Shown here one piece after another: positions 1 through 10,108 of a stretch of DNA of 64,000 nt. The stretch's first letter is position 1; each line of letters starts with the position of its first letter. Origin of the DNA: Alphaproteobacteria bacterium (lineage in GTDB: Bacteria; Pseudomonadota; Alphaproteobacteria; SP197). Where the stretch lies: contig OZ219920.1 in assembly GCA_964291415.2 (NCBI GenBank), positions 1,248,001-1,312,000 of the forward strand, written 5' to 3'. The translations under genes were made by a program, and so were the position numbers. The notes below the pieces were generated by a model. The model did not search any database, was not told the origin of the DNA, and saw only the letters and a program-made list of their open reading frames with translations.

Positions 1-206
1 TCGAACTCGATATCGTCGAGCCACACCGCCTCGTGCTGCAGCGGCCGCGCCGCCGCGTCGCCGCGCCAGACATTGCCGGTAGGAAGCATGCGGCGCATGT
101 TGCGAAACGCCCAGCGGTTGAATGGCCCCTTCTGCATGTTGGCAAGGATGACCTGTTCCCCCGGAGCGGCCGGAAAGGTCCTCATCAGTTTCAGGGATTC
201 ATTCAT
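1..206 (-). CDS. Serine hydrolase, beta-lactamase/6-aminohexanoate-dimer hydrolase (NylB-like) family, 5' part; runs off the window
   Basis: Not in the ORF track. Minus-strand translation from ATG at 206 gives MNESLKLMRTFPAAPGEQVILANMQKGPFNRWAFRNMRRMLPTGNVWRG, a typical NylB-like N-terminus (PFNRWAF). GGAG RBS upstream. Confidence 0.7.
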   Translation of the reverse strand, partial: MNESLKLMRTFPAAPGEQVILANMQKGPFNRWAFRNMRRMLPTGNVWRGDAAARPLQHEAVWLDDIEF

Positions 207-507
207 GGCGGGGAAAACTCCAGGTCAGCAGGCCGTTCAACCATGCAGTCGGCAAGACCTCCGCGCAACCGGACGAGGCGGTTCCTGGGCACAGGCTTCT
301 TGCAGCTCAACATTCTGCAGCGCCTGTTCTTCTGATCGGCATGGCATCAGACGCCCTTCGGGTTCAATCTGCCGGACGTCGACTCAGACTGATTCCCGGC
401 CTGAACCTGACACACTCTCATGACCGCAGCCCGGTGTTCCGGATGCGATCGCGTATCGTGACGTCACGTCCGTATCTTCCGGGTAGATCGACAGCCGCCG
501 CTTCGGG

Positions 508-1527
508 TCAAGTCGCGGGGTTGTCGCTCACCTGGACGAGCAGTTTGCCGAAATTGCTGCCGTCGAACAGGCGATTGAACGCCGCTGGCGCGTTTTCCAG
601 CTCCTGCACGATGTCTTCACGCCACACCAGAAGGCCGTCGGCAATCCAGCCGGCCAGTTTGCGGCGCGCCTCGTCGTGTTGCTTGGCAAAGTCCGTCACC
701 AGAAAACCCTCGATGCGGATACGGCGTACAATGAGCCACCAGAGATGGTCCTCCACCATGTCCTGGCCCATCGCATTGTAGTTCGAGATCGTTCCGCAGA
801 CCGCCATGCGGCCATGCTCGTTGAGGCTCATGATCGCGGCCCGCGCAATCGGACCGCCGACATTCTCGAAGTTGACATCGATTCCATCGGGACACATGGC
901 GGCAATGGCCTGCTGCGGATCGGCCGCGTCCCTGTGATTGAAGCAGGCATCAAATCCGCAAGCCTGGAGGCACCAGTCGACCTTGTCGTCGGAACCCGCA
1001 CATCCCGTCACGCGGCACGAGAGAATCTTCGCGATCTGTCCGACTGTGGCGCCGACTGCGCCGGACGCGGCCGACACGAAGACGGTCTCTCCAGCCCTCG
1101 GCCGGCAGACATCGACAAGGCCGTGATAGGCCGTGAGGCCCGGCATGCCCAGCACTCCAAGCGCGGTGCTGACAGGTGCCAGAGAGGGATCAACCTTCCG
1201 GAGAGTGTAGCCATGTGCCAGCACGTGGGACTGCCATCCACCCTGGGTTTCGACAATGTCACCGACGCTGAATGCCTTGTGACGCGAGTCCAGCACCACG
1301 CCAACCGTGCTGCCGATCATCACATCACCGATCTGCATCGGTCCCGCGTAGGACTCGGCATCATCCATCATCCCCCTCATGTAGGGATCGAGGGAGAGAT
1401 AGATGGTACGGGACAGCACCTCGCCCGGACCCGGCTCTCCGGCACTTTCTTCGACGATCCTGAAGTCATCCGGCTTCGGCAATCCATGGGGGCGCCGTGC
1501 CATCACCACCTTGCAGTTCTTCACCAT
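508..1527 (-). CDS. NADP-dependent oxidoreductase, MDR superfamily (CurA/prostaglandin reductase-like)
   Basis: Motifs YLSLDPYMRG, LGVLGMPGLTAY, VSAASGAVG, FENVGG, NFGKLLV. Confidence 0.92.
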   Translation of the reverse strand: MVKNCKVVMARRPHGLPKPDDFRIVEESAGEPGPGEVLSRTIYLSLDPYMRGMMDDAESYAGPMQIGDVMIGSTVGVVLDSRHKAFSVGDIVETQGGWQSHVLAHGYTLRKVDPSLAPVSTALGVLGMPGLTAYHGLVDVCRPRAGETVFVSAASGAVGATVGQIAKILSCRVTGCAGSDDKVDWCLQACGFDACFNHRDAADPQQAIAAMCPDGIDVNFENVGGPIARAAIMSLNEHGRMAVCGTISNYNAMGQDMVEDHLWWLIVRRIRIEGFLVTDFAKQHDEARRKLAGWIADGLLVWREDIVQELENAPAAFNRLFDGSNFGKLLVQVSDNPAT

Positions 1528-1647
1528 GGGTCGCTCCCTTCCCCGACGTCTCCATCATAGGCCATCCGGGCCCTTTCGAGTCCTGCTTCCTTGTCGTCCA
1601 CGATCGTCCGTGCCACAAGGAAGCGGCTACACTGGGGGTGAACGCGC

Positions 1648-2088
1648 ATGTCCGGAACCATAGTTGCCATAGCACGGCGTGCCGCATCAAGAGCGCCCAT
1701 GGAGGAGATCGACGCAACGACGATCAGCGTTGAGAGCGGGGTCGAAGGCGACCTGCGCGGCGAACCGGGCGACCGACAGGTCACCATCCTGACCCGGGAG
1801 AGTTGGGATGCGGCATGCAGCGAACTGGGAGAACGCCTGCCGTGGACAACGCGACGGTCGAATGTTTTCATTGCCGGTCTTCGTGTCGAGGGCCAGCTCG
1901 GCCGAACCGTTCGGATCGGTGATGTGGAACTCGCCATCACGGGCGAAACCGATCCATGCTCCCGCATGGAAGAACAGGCTGCAGGCCTGCGTCAGGCCCT
2001 CGCCTTGAACTGGCGTGGCGGCGTGACCTGCCGCGTTCTCAAGTCCGGTTCCATCAGGGTGGGTGACAGGGTAGAATTTGCATCGTGA
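1648..2088 (+). CDS. MOSC domain-containing protein
   Basis: GVEGD...RQVT...RRSN...TGETDPCSRM...RGG...V...G.IRVGD pattern with the conserved Cys. Confidence 0.88.
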   Translation: MSGTIVAIARRAASRAPMEEIDATTISVESGVEGDLRGEPGDRQVTILTRESWDAACSELGERLPWTTRRSNVFIAGLRVEGQLGRTVRIGDVELAITGETDPCSRMEEQAAGLRQALALNWRGGVTCRVLKSGSIRVGDRVEFAS

Positions 2089-2118
2089 TCTCAACCGTAA
2101 ACGCCGAGGGAGGATGAC

Positions 2119-2730
2119 ATGGCAGCTCTGACCGAAGGCAACCCTGCCCTCATCATTGTCGACATCATGGGAACAGGACGGCCCGAAGACGATGACGGCG
2201 GCATTCCCAGCATGGGTGGAGAGGAGGAGCGCGTTGATCGCGTGATTCCGCTCATCGAGGCTGCGCGTGCCAGCAACATACCTGTCATCTACATCATCGA
2301 GGTGCACCGGCCCGATCACGTGGATTTCGGACGCGAGCTTGACGGCGACGAGGGAGTACACTGCGTCGAGGGACATCCGGGCACGCGCATTCACGTTCGT
2401 CTGCCCTATCGCGAAGGTGTGGACTACCTGATCCCGAAACGTCGCTATTCCGCCTTCTTCGGAACCGACTTCGAGATTCTGCTGAAGGGACTGAAAGTCG
2501 ATACGCTCTTCCTGTGCGGTGGCCTGACCGATGTCTGTGTTCACTACACCTTCGTCGATGCACACCAGCACGACTATCATGCCCACGTTGTCGAGGACTG
2601 CGTCGGCGGGTCCAGTTTCGAGGCTCACAACGCCTCGCTCAGGGCCATGGAGTATCTCCAGCACGGTGCAAGGTGCAGCAGCCACGATGTCATTGCTGCC
2701 TTCCGGGAGCGTCAGCGCAAGGCCGCCTGA
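2119..2730 (+). CDS. Cysteine hydrolase, isochorismatase family
   Basis: Triad motifs IIVD, PKRRYSAF, GGLTDVCV; GGAGG RBS. Confidence 0.9.
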   Translation: MAALTEGNPALIIVDIMGTGRPEDDDGGIPSMGGEEERVDRVIPLIEAARASNIPVIYIIEVHRPDHVDFGRELDGDEGVHCVEGHPGTRIHVRLPYREGVDYLIPKRRYSAFFGTDFEILLKGLKVDTLFLCGGLTDVCVHYTFVDAHQHDYHAHVVEDCVGGSSFEAHNASLRAMEYLQHGARCSSHDVIAAFRERQRKAA

Positions 2731-2758
2731 ACACCAGTTGATCGGGTGAAACGGGACC

Positions 2759-4717
2759 ATGGCGGACCGTTTCCCTAACCTCTTTTCCCCTCTTGACGTC
2801 GGGCCGCGGAGGTTTCGCAACCGCATCTTCTCGACCGGTCACATGACCTGTCTGCTCGATGCGGACATGCTTCCTGACGAGCGTTTTGTCGCCTATCATG
2901 AAGCCCGCGCACGAGGTGGCGCAGGCCTCGTCATCACCGAATCGGCAAGGGTCCACGCCAGCGGCGGCTGGCGCAATCTCGATGCCTCCAGAGACGCCTG
3001 CATCGCGCCCTACCGGCATACCGCCAATGCCGTCCATCGCCACGGGTGCATGATCTTCGGCCAGCTCGGTCATCCCGGCGCCTATGGCGTGACAACGCCC
3101 GACGGCAGTCACGGCGTCGCGCTCGGCCCCTCCCAGGTGAAAGCACAGCGCTCCCACACCATCGCTCGCGCCCTGTCGCTCACCATGATCGGCGAACTCG
3201 TCACCGCATACGGAGCGGCTGCCGGCCGCATGAAGAAGGCCGGTCTGGACGGAGTCGAGATCCTCGCCAGCCATAACCTGCTCCCGGCGCAATTCCTCAA
3301 TCCGGCCATGAACAGACGCCAGGACGCCTATGGCGGATCGCTGGCGAACCGCATGCGATTCCTCGAAGAAATCATCGCCTGCGTACGCGACCATGCAGGC
3401 CCGTCGATGGTCGTCGGCATGCGGATCTCCGGCGACGAGATGGAAACCGAAGGAAACGACCCCGAAGAACTGCTCGAGGTGTGCCGGCGGCTCGGCAACG
3501 GGAGCGCTCTCGACTACATCAACGTCATCGCCGGTTCCATGACGGGTCTCAGGGGATCGATCCACGTGGTGCCGCCGATGAACGTCGAAAACGCCTACCT
3601 GGCACCGTTGGCCGCCACCGTGAAGCAGCTGGTGTCGATACCGGTGTTTGTCGCCGGCAGGATCAATCAGCCCCAGGATGCCGAAACCATCGTCGCCACC
3701 GGACAGGCCGACATGACGGGGATGACCCGGGCCCAGATTGCCGATCCCGACATGGCCAACAAGGCGAGGGCCGGGCGCATCGACGACATCCGTGCATGCA
3801 TTGCCTGCAATCAGGCCTGTATCGGACACATGCAGTCCGGCCATGGCATCTCCTGCATCCAGCACCCGGAAACCGGCCGGGAACTGCAATACGCTGACAA
3901 GTCTCCGGCCAGGATGCCGGGGACCGTGATCGTGGCAGGCGGCGGACCGGCGGGCATGAAGGCTGCAGCGGTTGCCGCGGAACGCGGCCACCGGGTCATT
4001 CTTGCCGAACAGACACGCCGCCTGGGAGGCCAGGTTCTGCTGGCCCAGGAACTGCCCGGACGCGCCGAATTCGGCGGCATCGTGACCAATCTTCAACGGG
4101 AGATGGCATGCCACGCAGTCGAGGTGAAACTGGGCACCAGGGTGACACGGCAGATGCTCGAGGACTGGGGCGCCGACTCCGTGATCGTGGCGACCGGCGC
4201 AAGGCCGCTCATTCCTGACATCGAGAACGATGGCCAGACCATGCTTGTAGACGCCTGGCAGGTCATTCGTGGCGAGGTTTCAGTCGGTTCCCGCGTCGTG
4301 ATCGCCGATTGGCGCTGCGACTGGACGGGCCTGGGCCTGGCCGAGAAACTCGCACGGGAGGGATGCCGCGTGACACTGGCGGTCAATGGCACGATGCCTG
4401 GTCAGATGATCCAGATGTACGTGCGCGACCGCTGGGCAGGTGAACTCAACCGTCTTGGCGTCGATATCGTCCCCTACGTTCGTCTCGTTGGCGCAGACTC
4501 CTCGGGCACCTGGCTGCAGCATGTTACCTCGGGCGAGGTCATTCTCATTGAATCCGTCGACACCGTGATCGCGGCAGTCGGTCACATGCCCGATACCACG
4601 CTTGCCGAAGAGCTTGCCGACTGGTCCGGAACATGCCTCGAGATTGGTGACTGCCTCAGCCCCAGAACCTGCGAGGAAGCAGTCCTCGAAGGCATGAAGG
4701 CGGGGTGTTCCGTATAG
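2759..4717 (+). CDS. NADH:flavin oxidoreductase, Old Yellow Enzyme-like with 4Fe-4S and FAD domains (DCR/TMADH family)
   Basis: FRNRI, ARARGGAGL, QFLNP..NRRQDAYGGSLANRMRF, CIACNQAC cluster motif, GGGPAGM. Confidence 0.9.
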   Translation: MADRFPNLFSPLDVGPRRFRNRIFSTGHMTCLLDADMLPDERFVAYHEARARGGAGLVITESARVHASGGWRNLDASRDACIAPYRHTANAVHRHGCMIFGQLGHPGAYGVTTPDGSHGVALGPSQVKAQRSHTIARALSLTMIGELVTAYGAAAGRMKKAGLDGVEILASHNLLPAQFLNPAMNRRQDAYGGSLANRMRFLEEIIACVRDHAGPSMVVGMRISGDEMETEGNDPEELLEVCRRLGNGSALDYINVIAGSMTGLRGSIHVVPPMNVENAYLAPLAATVKQLVSIPVFVAGRINQPQDAETIVATGQADMTGMTRAQIADPDMANKARAGRIDDIRACIACNQACIGHMQSGHGISCIQHPETGRELQYADKSPARMPGTVIVAGGGPAGMKAAAVAAERGHRVILAEQTRRLGGQVLLAQELPGRAEFGGIVTNLQREMACHAVEVKLGTRVTRQMLEDWGADSVIVATGARPLIPDIENDGQTMLVDAWQVIRGEVSVGSRVVIADWRCDWTGLGLAEKLAREGCRVTLAVNGTMPGQMIQMYVRDRWAGELNRLGVDIVPYVRLVGADSSGTWLQHVTSGEVILIESVDTVIAAVGHMPDTTLAEELADWSGTCLEIGDCLSPRTCEEAVLEGMKAGCSV

Positions 4718-4720
4718 GAG

Positions 4721-5491
4721 TCACGTCACCCTGCGCCAGGGCGCAAACCAGCCAAGGCCCTCCTGCGTGGTTCCGGCAGGTGTGTACTCCGCCCCCACCC
4801 AACCCCTGTATCCGCTGCGATCGATCAGATCGAAAATCCAGTCGTGATTGATTTCACCGGTGCCCGGTTCATGACGGCCCGGGTTGTCCGAGATCTGGAC
4901 ATGCCCGATCAGGGGCAGCTGTTCCGTGAAGTGCCGGGAGAGATCTCCCTCGGTGACCTGACAGTGGTAGAAATCGAACTGGATTCTGACGTTCTCCCGG
5001 TTCACGGCCTTGACCACGCGTCGCGCCTGGTCCTGACGCGTCAGGATGTATCCCGGAACGTCGCGCCCATTGATCGGTTCGATGAGCAGCGTGACGCCCA
5101 GAGAGGAGGCTTCGGCGGATGCCCGGCGAAGGTTGTTGACGAGCACCTCTTCACAGGCCTCAAGGGCAGTCGCCGGCGGAAGGACTCCGGAGAGTACGTG
5201 GACACGACCGGTGCCGGTCACGGCGGCATAATCGAGCGCCACCTTCAGGTTTGCGCCGAATTCGCTCTCGGAACCCGGAAGACCTGCCAGTCCCGCCTCG
5301 CCACCAGGCGCGTTGACGAGCACCAGATCGAGACCATGTTCCTTCAGCGTCCTGGCAACCGTTGCGGCCGGAAGGTCATAGGGTTCCTGGATCTCGACGG
5401 CCTCGAATCCCGCGTCGGCGGCCAGCGCGAACCGCTCCCGAAGAGGCACTTCCGTGAACATGGTGGAAAGGTTGGCGGCAAAGCGCGGCAT
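4721..5491 (-). CDS. Hydroxypyruvate isomerase family protein (Hyi/OtnI-like)
   Basis: MPRFAANLS start, [38 protein letters not shown]. Confidence 0.88.
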   Translation of the reverse strand: MPRFAANLSTMFTEVPLRERFALAADAGFEAVEIQEPYDLPAATVARTLKEHGLDLVLVNAPGGEAGLAGLPGSESEFGANLKVALDYAAVTGTGRVHVLSGVLPPATALEACEEVLVNNLRRASAEASSLGVTLLIEPINGRDVPGYILTRQDQARRVVKAVNRENVRIQFDFYHCQVTEGDLSRHFTEQLPLIGHVQISDNPGRHEPGTGEINHDWIFDLIDRSGYRGWVGAEYTPAGTTQEGLGWFAPWRRVT

Positions 5492-5662
5492 GGAGACGAA
5501 CCCGGGAGGCGGCATCATTCAGAACTTATGGTGCCGGGGTCTCGTTGGGAAGCAGGACGAATTCTCCCGGCTCGCCGTTTCGTTGGACAGGCCAGGAGCC
5601 ATCCTGTAACGCTTGCCCCGGCACCCGGCGGATGCCAGTCACGACATTGGGGAGGCAGGGTC

Positions 5663-6430
5663 TTGGACAGGCCGGATATCGCCTTCGTTGCATCAACCGA
5701 TACCAAGGCACAACGGGCACGTGACGAGCTTGTCACTCTTTACGGTTGCTCGGATGTTGACGATGCCAAGGTCATCGTTGCCCTGGGTGGCGACGGATTC
5801 ATGCTCGAGACCCTGCACCGTTATCTCGACAGGGATGTGGGGGTCTATGGAATGAACACGGGTTCCATCGGCTTCCTGATGAACACTCTTGCGAGCGGAG
5901 ATCTGATCGAACGGCTCGAAGCCGCCAGGACGACGATTCTGAAGCCTCTCTCCATGACCGCCATCGATGTCGGGGGAGTTCGCCACGAGGCTGTGGCCAT
6001 CAACGAGGTCTCGCTGTTTCGCGAGACAAGCCAGACTGCGAAGATCCGAATTCGCATCGATGACGTCGTGCGCATGGACGAACTGATGTGCGATGGCGTC
6101 ATGGTCGCCACCGCCGCCGGCAGCACCGCCTACAATCTCTCCGCCCACGGACCGATCCTGCCCATCGGATCTCACACGCTGGCCCTGACGCCGATCAGCG
6201 CCTTCCGCCCACGTCGCTGGAGGGGCGCCATCCTGCCGGACGACTCCGGTGTCGGCTTCGAGGTTCTCGATCATATCAAGCGGCCGGTCAGTGCGGTTGC
6301 GGATTCCGCGGAGGTTCGCGATGTCGTGAAGGTTGACGTGATACCGGACAGGAAACGTTCCGTGCGGCTACTGTTCGATCCCGAACACAATCTCGAGGAA
6401 CGTATTCTCAAGGAGCAGTTCATCACATGA
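5663..6430 (+). CDS. nadK: NAD kinase
   Basis: [42 protein letters not shown]. Real start is probably the TTG at 5663 after GGAGG; the 4844 start in the track is an extension. Confidence 0.93.
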   Translation: MDRPDIAFVASTDTKAQRARDELVTLYGCSDVDDAKVIVALGGDGFMLETLHRYLDRDVGVYGMNTGSIGFLMNTLASGDLIERLEAARTTILKPLSMTAIDVGGVRHEAVAINEVSLFRETSQTAKIRIRIDDVVRMDELMCDGVMVATAAGSTAYNLSAHGPILPIGSHTLALTPISAFRPRRWRGAILPDDSGVGFEVLDHIKRPVSAVADSAEVRDVVKVDVIPDRKRSVRLLFDPEHNLEERILKEQFIT

Positions 6431-7386
6431 ACGACGGCACCGACGCCAACCTTGGAGTCCATCTTCTACCCTGTGACATTTCGGCCTATCGCAAGGGCAA
6501 CACCGGCATCGACTACGTCACCACCTTCGACAGCGGTCTTCCCGGCCCTCACGTCATGGTGAATGCGCTGACCCACGGCAACGAGCTGTGTGGCGCCCAC
6601 GCACTGGCATACCTGTTCGAGAACGACGTGCGACCGGTCCGGGGCCGGCTCACCCTGAGCTTTGCCAATGTCGCGGCCTACGAGTCATTCGATGCCGCCA
6701 ATCCCTATGCATCCCGTTTCATCGACGAGGACTTCAACCGGCTGTGGGATCAGAGCACCCTGGATGGTCCACGAACGAGTTGTGAACTCATCCGTGCCCG
6801 TGCCATGCGCGAAGTGTTCGCAGCCGCCGATCATCTTCTCGATATCCACTCGGTCGATCTCCCGCAACCCGCCATGTTGCTGGCCGGCGGGAAAGCGAAG
6901 GGCCGCGCCCTGGCGGCGGCCATCGGCAAACCGCGCCATGTCGTCATGGACCGCGGTCATGATGCCGGAAAGAGAGTGCGGGACTTTGCCGCATTCGACG
7001 ACGCGGAGAGCCCGAAGAGCGCCTGTCTTGTGGAGTGCGGCTATCACTTCCACACCCAGGCGACGGAGATCGCCATTCAGACGTCACTGCGTTTTCTCCG
7101 ACACTTTGGCATTGTCTCGGATGGCTTTGCCAACTCCCGCCTGCCTCAGGAGGAGGATGAACCGCAGCTCTTTGTCGAGGTGACCGATCCTGTCACCATC
7201 GAAACCGACGACTTCCGGTTCGTGCGCACCTTCCAGGGATTCGAGGTCATCCCTGAAGAGGCAACGCTGATCGCCCATGACGGCAGCCGCCCCATTCACA
7301 CTCCCTACCCTGACTGCGTTCTGGTCATGCCGGCCCGCGAACCCCTGCCCGGCAAGACCGCCGTGCGTCTCGGCCGGTTCGTGTAG
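6427..7386 (+). CDS. M14-type succinylglutamate desuccinylase/aspartoacylase family metallohydrolase
   Basis: [30 protein letters not shown]; ATGA overlap with nadK. Confidence 0.85.
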   Translation: MNDGTDANLGVHLLPCDISAYRKGNTGIDYVTTFDSGLPGPHVMVNALTHGNELCGAHALAYLFENDVRPVRGRLTLSFANVAAYESFDAANPYASRFIDEDFNRLWDQSTLDGPRTSCELIRARAMREVFAAADHLLDIHSVDLPQPAMLLAGGKAKGRALAAAIGKPRHVVMDRGHDAGKRVRDFAAFDDAESPKSACLVECGYHFHTQATEIAIQTSLRFLRHFGIVSDGFANSRLPQEEDEPQLFVEVTDPVTIETDDFRFVRTFQGFEVIPEEATLIAHDGSRPIHTPYPDCVLVMPAREPLPGKTAVRLGRFV

Positions 7387-7391
7387 GCGTC

Positions 7392-7670
7392 CTATCCTCC
7401 ACCCTTGTGGTAGACGCGGTCAAAGTGCGCCAGGAATGCGGCGACCTCGGATCCATCCATGCCACTGAACGCCAGTTCCACCCGGCATCGCTCAAGAACG
7501 AGTCCGGCAATGCGGCGCGGTTCGAGAATCCGGGTTGTGATGACAATTCCCTTGTCAGCCTCTCCAATGCGCACGCGTCCTTCTTCCGTGACGCAGGCCA
7601 TGTCCCGGGTCAGCCGTGGAAGCAGGCGATGAAACTCAACAGGAGTGATCGCCATGTCCTTTGCGACCAC
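7392..7670 (-). CDS. Small conserved protein with C-terminal GGG (AorE-like, AOR-cluster associated)
   Basis: MAITPVEFHRLLPRL...FLAHFDRVYHKGGG, directly downstream of a MoaD-like gene. Start uncertain (GTG 7670 or ATG 7655). Confidence 0.7.
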   Translation of the reverse strand: MVAKDMAITPVEFHRLLPRLTRDMACVTEEGRVRIGEADKGIVITTRILEPRRIAGLVLERCRVELAFSGMDGSEVAAFLAHFDRVYHKGGG

Positions 7671-7683
7671 TCCTTGTGTCCCA

Positions 7684-7935
7684 TTACCCACCGGCGACTG
7701 GAGGCCAGGCGGCCAGGGTATCACCGTCCATGAGGACCCGCGTGTCGCGTGCCGACGGTGGCACAAAGAAGCCGTTGACCAGAACGAGGTGACACATCTG
7801 ACGTGGAACGGCGCACCGGTCGAGGACCGCACCGATAGTGGTGCCCTCGTCGAGTTCGAGTGGAACCGCATTTTTGTACGCGTCGTCCGGTAGATAGGGT
7901 GCCAAAGACGCAAAGAGCTTGAAGGTGATCTGCAT
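7684..7935 (-). CDS. MoaD/ThiS family sulfur carrier (AorD-like)
   Basis: MQITFKLFASL...LVLVNG...DGDTLAAWPPVAGG; beta-grasp pattern with C-terminal GG. Confidence 0.9.
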   Translation of the reverse strand: MQITFKLFASLAPYLPDDAYKNAVPLELDEGTTIGAVLDRCAVPRQMCHLVLVNGFFVPPSARDTRVLMDGDTLAAWPPVAGG

Positions 7936-8065
7936 GCTTCTCCAGGCAGGCCAGCCGCGGCGACAGAGTGTGCCGCTTCTCGGGTGTTTCGACAAGCAGT
8001 GACGGCTCTGCATTGCCCGTCGAACGGCCATCCACTAGCATCGGGCCAACCGGATGGAGGATGAG

Positions 8066-8917
8066 ATGGGGATCGTCACTGACGTCATTCTTCCGATTGC
8101 TCTGGCGTTCATCATGTTTTCGCTGGGCCTGGGTCTCACCGTCAATGATTTCGCACGAGTGGTGAAGCGACCGAAGGATTTCTTCGTTGGCGCCGTCTCG
8201 CAGATCGTTCTCCTGCCGCTGGTCGCCCTGATCCTGGTCAGCCTGTGGCCGCTGTCGCCGGAACTTGCGCTTGGCGTCATGATCATCGCCGCCGCTCCAG
8301 GCGGGGTCACATCCAATCTTCTGACATCCTTCGCTCGCGGTGACGTGGCCCTGTCGATTTCACTCACTGCCATCATCAGCCTTGTCAGTGTGATCACCAT
8401 TCCGCTGGTCGTGGTCATGTCCTACCAGTATCTCATTGGTTCCGATGATCCTGGCGACATCTCGGTCGCCGAAACGGCTTTCAGCGTGTTTGTCATCGTG
8501 ACCGTTCCCGTGTTGCTCGGTGTAGCCTTGCGTCACTTTGCCTCGGGTCTGGCGCTGGCTGCGGAACCGTGGTCGCGACGTATCTCGACGGTCCTCTTCG
8601 TTCTGGTCCTGGCCGGAGCCATCTTCCAGGAACGTGACAACATCGCTCCCTATTTCGCGGATGCCGGCCTTGTCACTCTGGTGCTCAACGTGGTCATGAT
8701 GGCGCTCGCCTACGGCCTTGCCACGGCCCTGGCATCGGGGAAGGCGCAAAGGGTCGCCATTTCGATCGAGTGCGGCCTGCAGAACGGCACGCTTGCCATC
8801 ACGGTTGCCGTGCTGCTGTTTGGCGCCGGGCCCGTCGTCATTCCGGCGGCGACCTACAGTCTCATCATGTTCGCCACCTCACTGCTGTTCATCGCTTTCC
8901 TGCGGCGGTCACCTTGA
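8066..8917 (+). CDS. Bile acid:sodium symporter (BASS) family transporter
   Basis: IMFSLGLGL, PGGVTSN, GDVALS, IECGLQNG; multiple hydrophobic helices. Confidence 0.9.
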   Translation: MGIVTDVILPIALAFIMFSLGLGLTVNDFARVVKRPKDFFVGAVSQIVLLPLVALILVSLWPLSPELALGVMIIAAAPGGVTSNLLTSFARGDVALSISLTAIISLVSVITIPLVVVMSYQYLIGSDDPGDISVAETAFSVFVIVTVPVLLGVALRHFASGLALAAEPWSRRISTVLFVLVLAGAIFQERDNIAPYFADAGLVTLVLNVVMMALAYGLATALASGKAQRVAISIECGLQNGTLAITVAVLLFGAGPVVIPAATYSLIMFATSLLFIAFLRRSP

Positions 8918-8953
8918 CCGCGGCACCGCACGCCCCTTAAGGAACAGTTCTCC

Positions 8954-9040
8954 GGATGGGTGGCCGAGTGGTTGAAGGCACCGGTCTTGAAAACCGGCAG
9001 GCGTCAAAGCGTCTCGTGGGTTCGAATCCCACCCCATCCG
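8954..9040 (+). tRNA. tRNA-Ser(TGA)
   Basis: Acceptor stem GGATGGG/CCCATCC, D-arm TGGCCGAGTGGTTGAAGGC, anticodon arm CCGGT-CTTGAAA-ACCGG, long variable arm, GGTTCGAATCC, discriminator G. Followed by CCG rather than CCA. Confidence 0.96.
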
Positions 9041-9343
9041 CCGCTTCCCGGTTGCGTGGCGACGGTCCAGGAACATCGTCTGCCTCTTGTCATTGAGGGC
9101 ATGAGACTGTTCCGCCAGGGATCGGCGTGTGGCATCGAGAAAGGCAACCGCTCATCGAGACCGCCACAGGCGATGAATCCGACCACCGCGAACTGCGACC
9201 TCAACCAAACGCCGACTGCCGGTGGAATGGGCTGAAGGTTCAGTTCTGGAAGTTTGACCGGTTCCCAAGGCTTGTTGACGGCCGCCTTGCGAACTCGAGG
9301 AATTCGGAGAACCATATGGGAGAGCTTGCGAAGGGAGGCGGCC

Positions 9344-9853
9344 TTGGTCGAGGTGGTGCACCGGATCATCGAGGACAGCGGAGACATCCCCAACAATCCC
9401 AGACTTCCCCTGATCCTCTACAGGAACGCGCTGACGTTCACGACGGACAATCCCGACGATGATGTCCAGCGCGCTTTCCATGCGAACGGCTGGGGCAACG
9501 GATGGAAGGGCCAGGCGATCTTTTCCTATCACCACTACCACGCCGAAGCCCACGAGGTGGTGGGAATTGCCCGGGGCAGCGCGGTCGTGCAGTTCGGTGG
9601 GCCCGACGGTCCCGTCTTTTCAGTCAAGGCGGGCGATGTGGCGCTCATTCCCGCCGGCGTCGGCCACTGCCGACTCGATGACGAACCGGGCCTCTCGGTG
9701 GTCGGCGCCTATCCACCGGATCAGAACCCGGACCTCAGACGCGAGGGCGAATCTGCGGGGGAAGCCATGCGCGAGGCCGTGCGTAACGTTCCGCTGCCTG
9801 CAACCGATCCCGTGACCGGCGCCGACGGAGCATTGCTTGATCTCTGGCACTGA
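9344..9853 (+). CDS. Cupin-domain protein (YjlB-like)
   Basis: IPNNPRLPL, YHHYHAEAHEV, FGGPDG, GDVALIPAGVGH, VGAYP. TTG start after GGAGG. Confidence 0.88.
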   Translation: MVEVVHRIIEDSGDIPNNPRLPLILYRNALTFTTDNPDDDVQRAFHANGWGNGWKGQAIFSYHHYHAEAHEVVGIARGSAVVQFGGPDGPVFSVKAGDVALIPAGVGHCRLDDEPGLSVVGAYPPDQNPDLRREGESAGEAMREAVRNVPLPATDPVTGADGALLDLWH

Positions 9854-10108
9854 GAGTGCCGATCCGTTCATCCAGGGAAACCGCGGCTCGGTTGTCGACG
9901 ACGCCGACAACTGATACCGCCGGGTGAGGCAGGGGCTGCACGGTTGTCGGGATCGACTGTGAGCAAGTCATCCTTCGTCCAACGCTTTCCACGGGTTTCT
10001 TCAGGTGGCCCCTTGACCCCTTCCACGCCTTTCGGGCCCTGCCCCGATGACAATTTGTCCGCTGCGCAGCCTGCGTCATACTGACGGGAAGCAACAACGA
10101 GACCACGA

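Noticed and set aside
210-500. Possible small ORF between the NylB-like gene and the MDR oxidoreductase
   Set aside because: No frame gives a recognisable protein or a convincing start.
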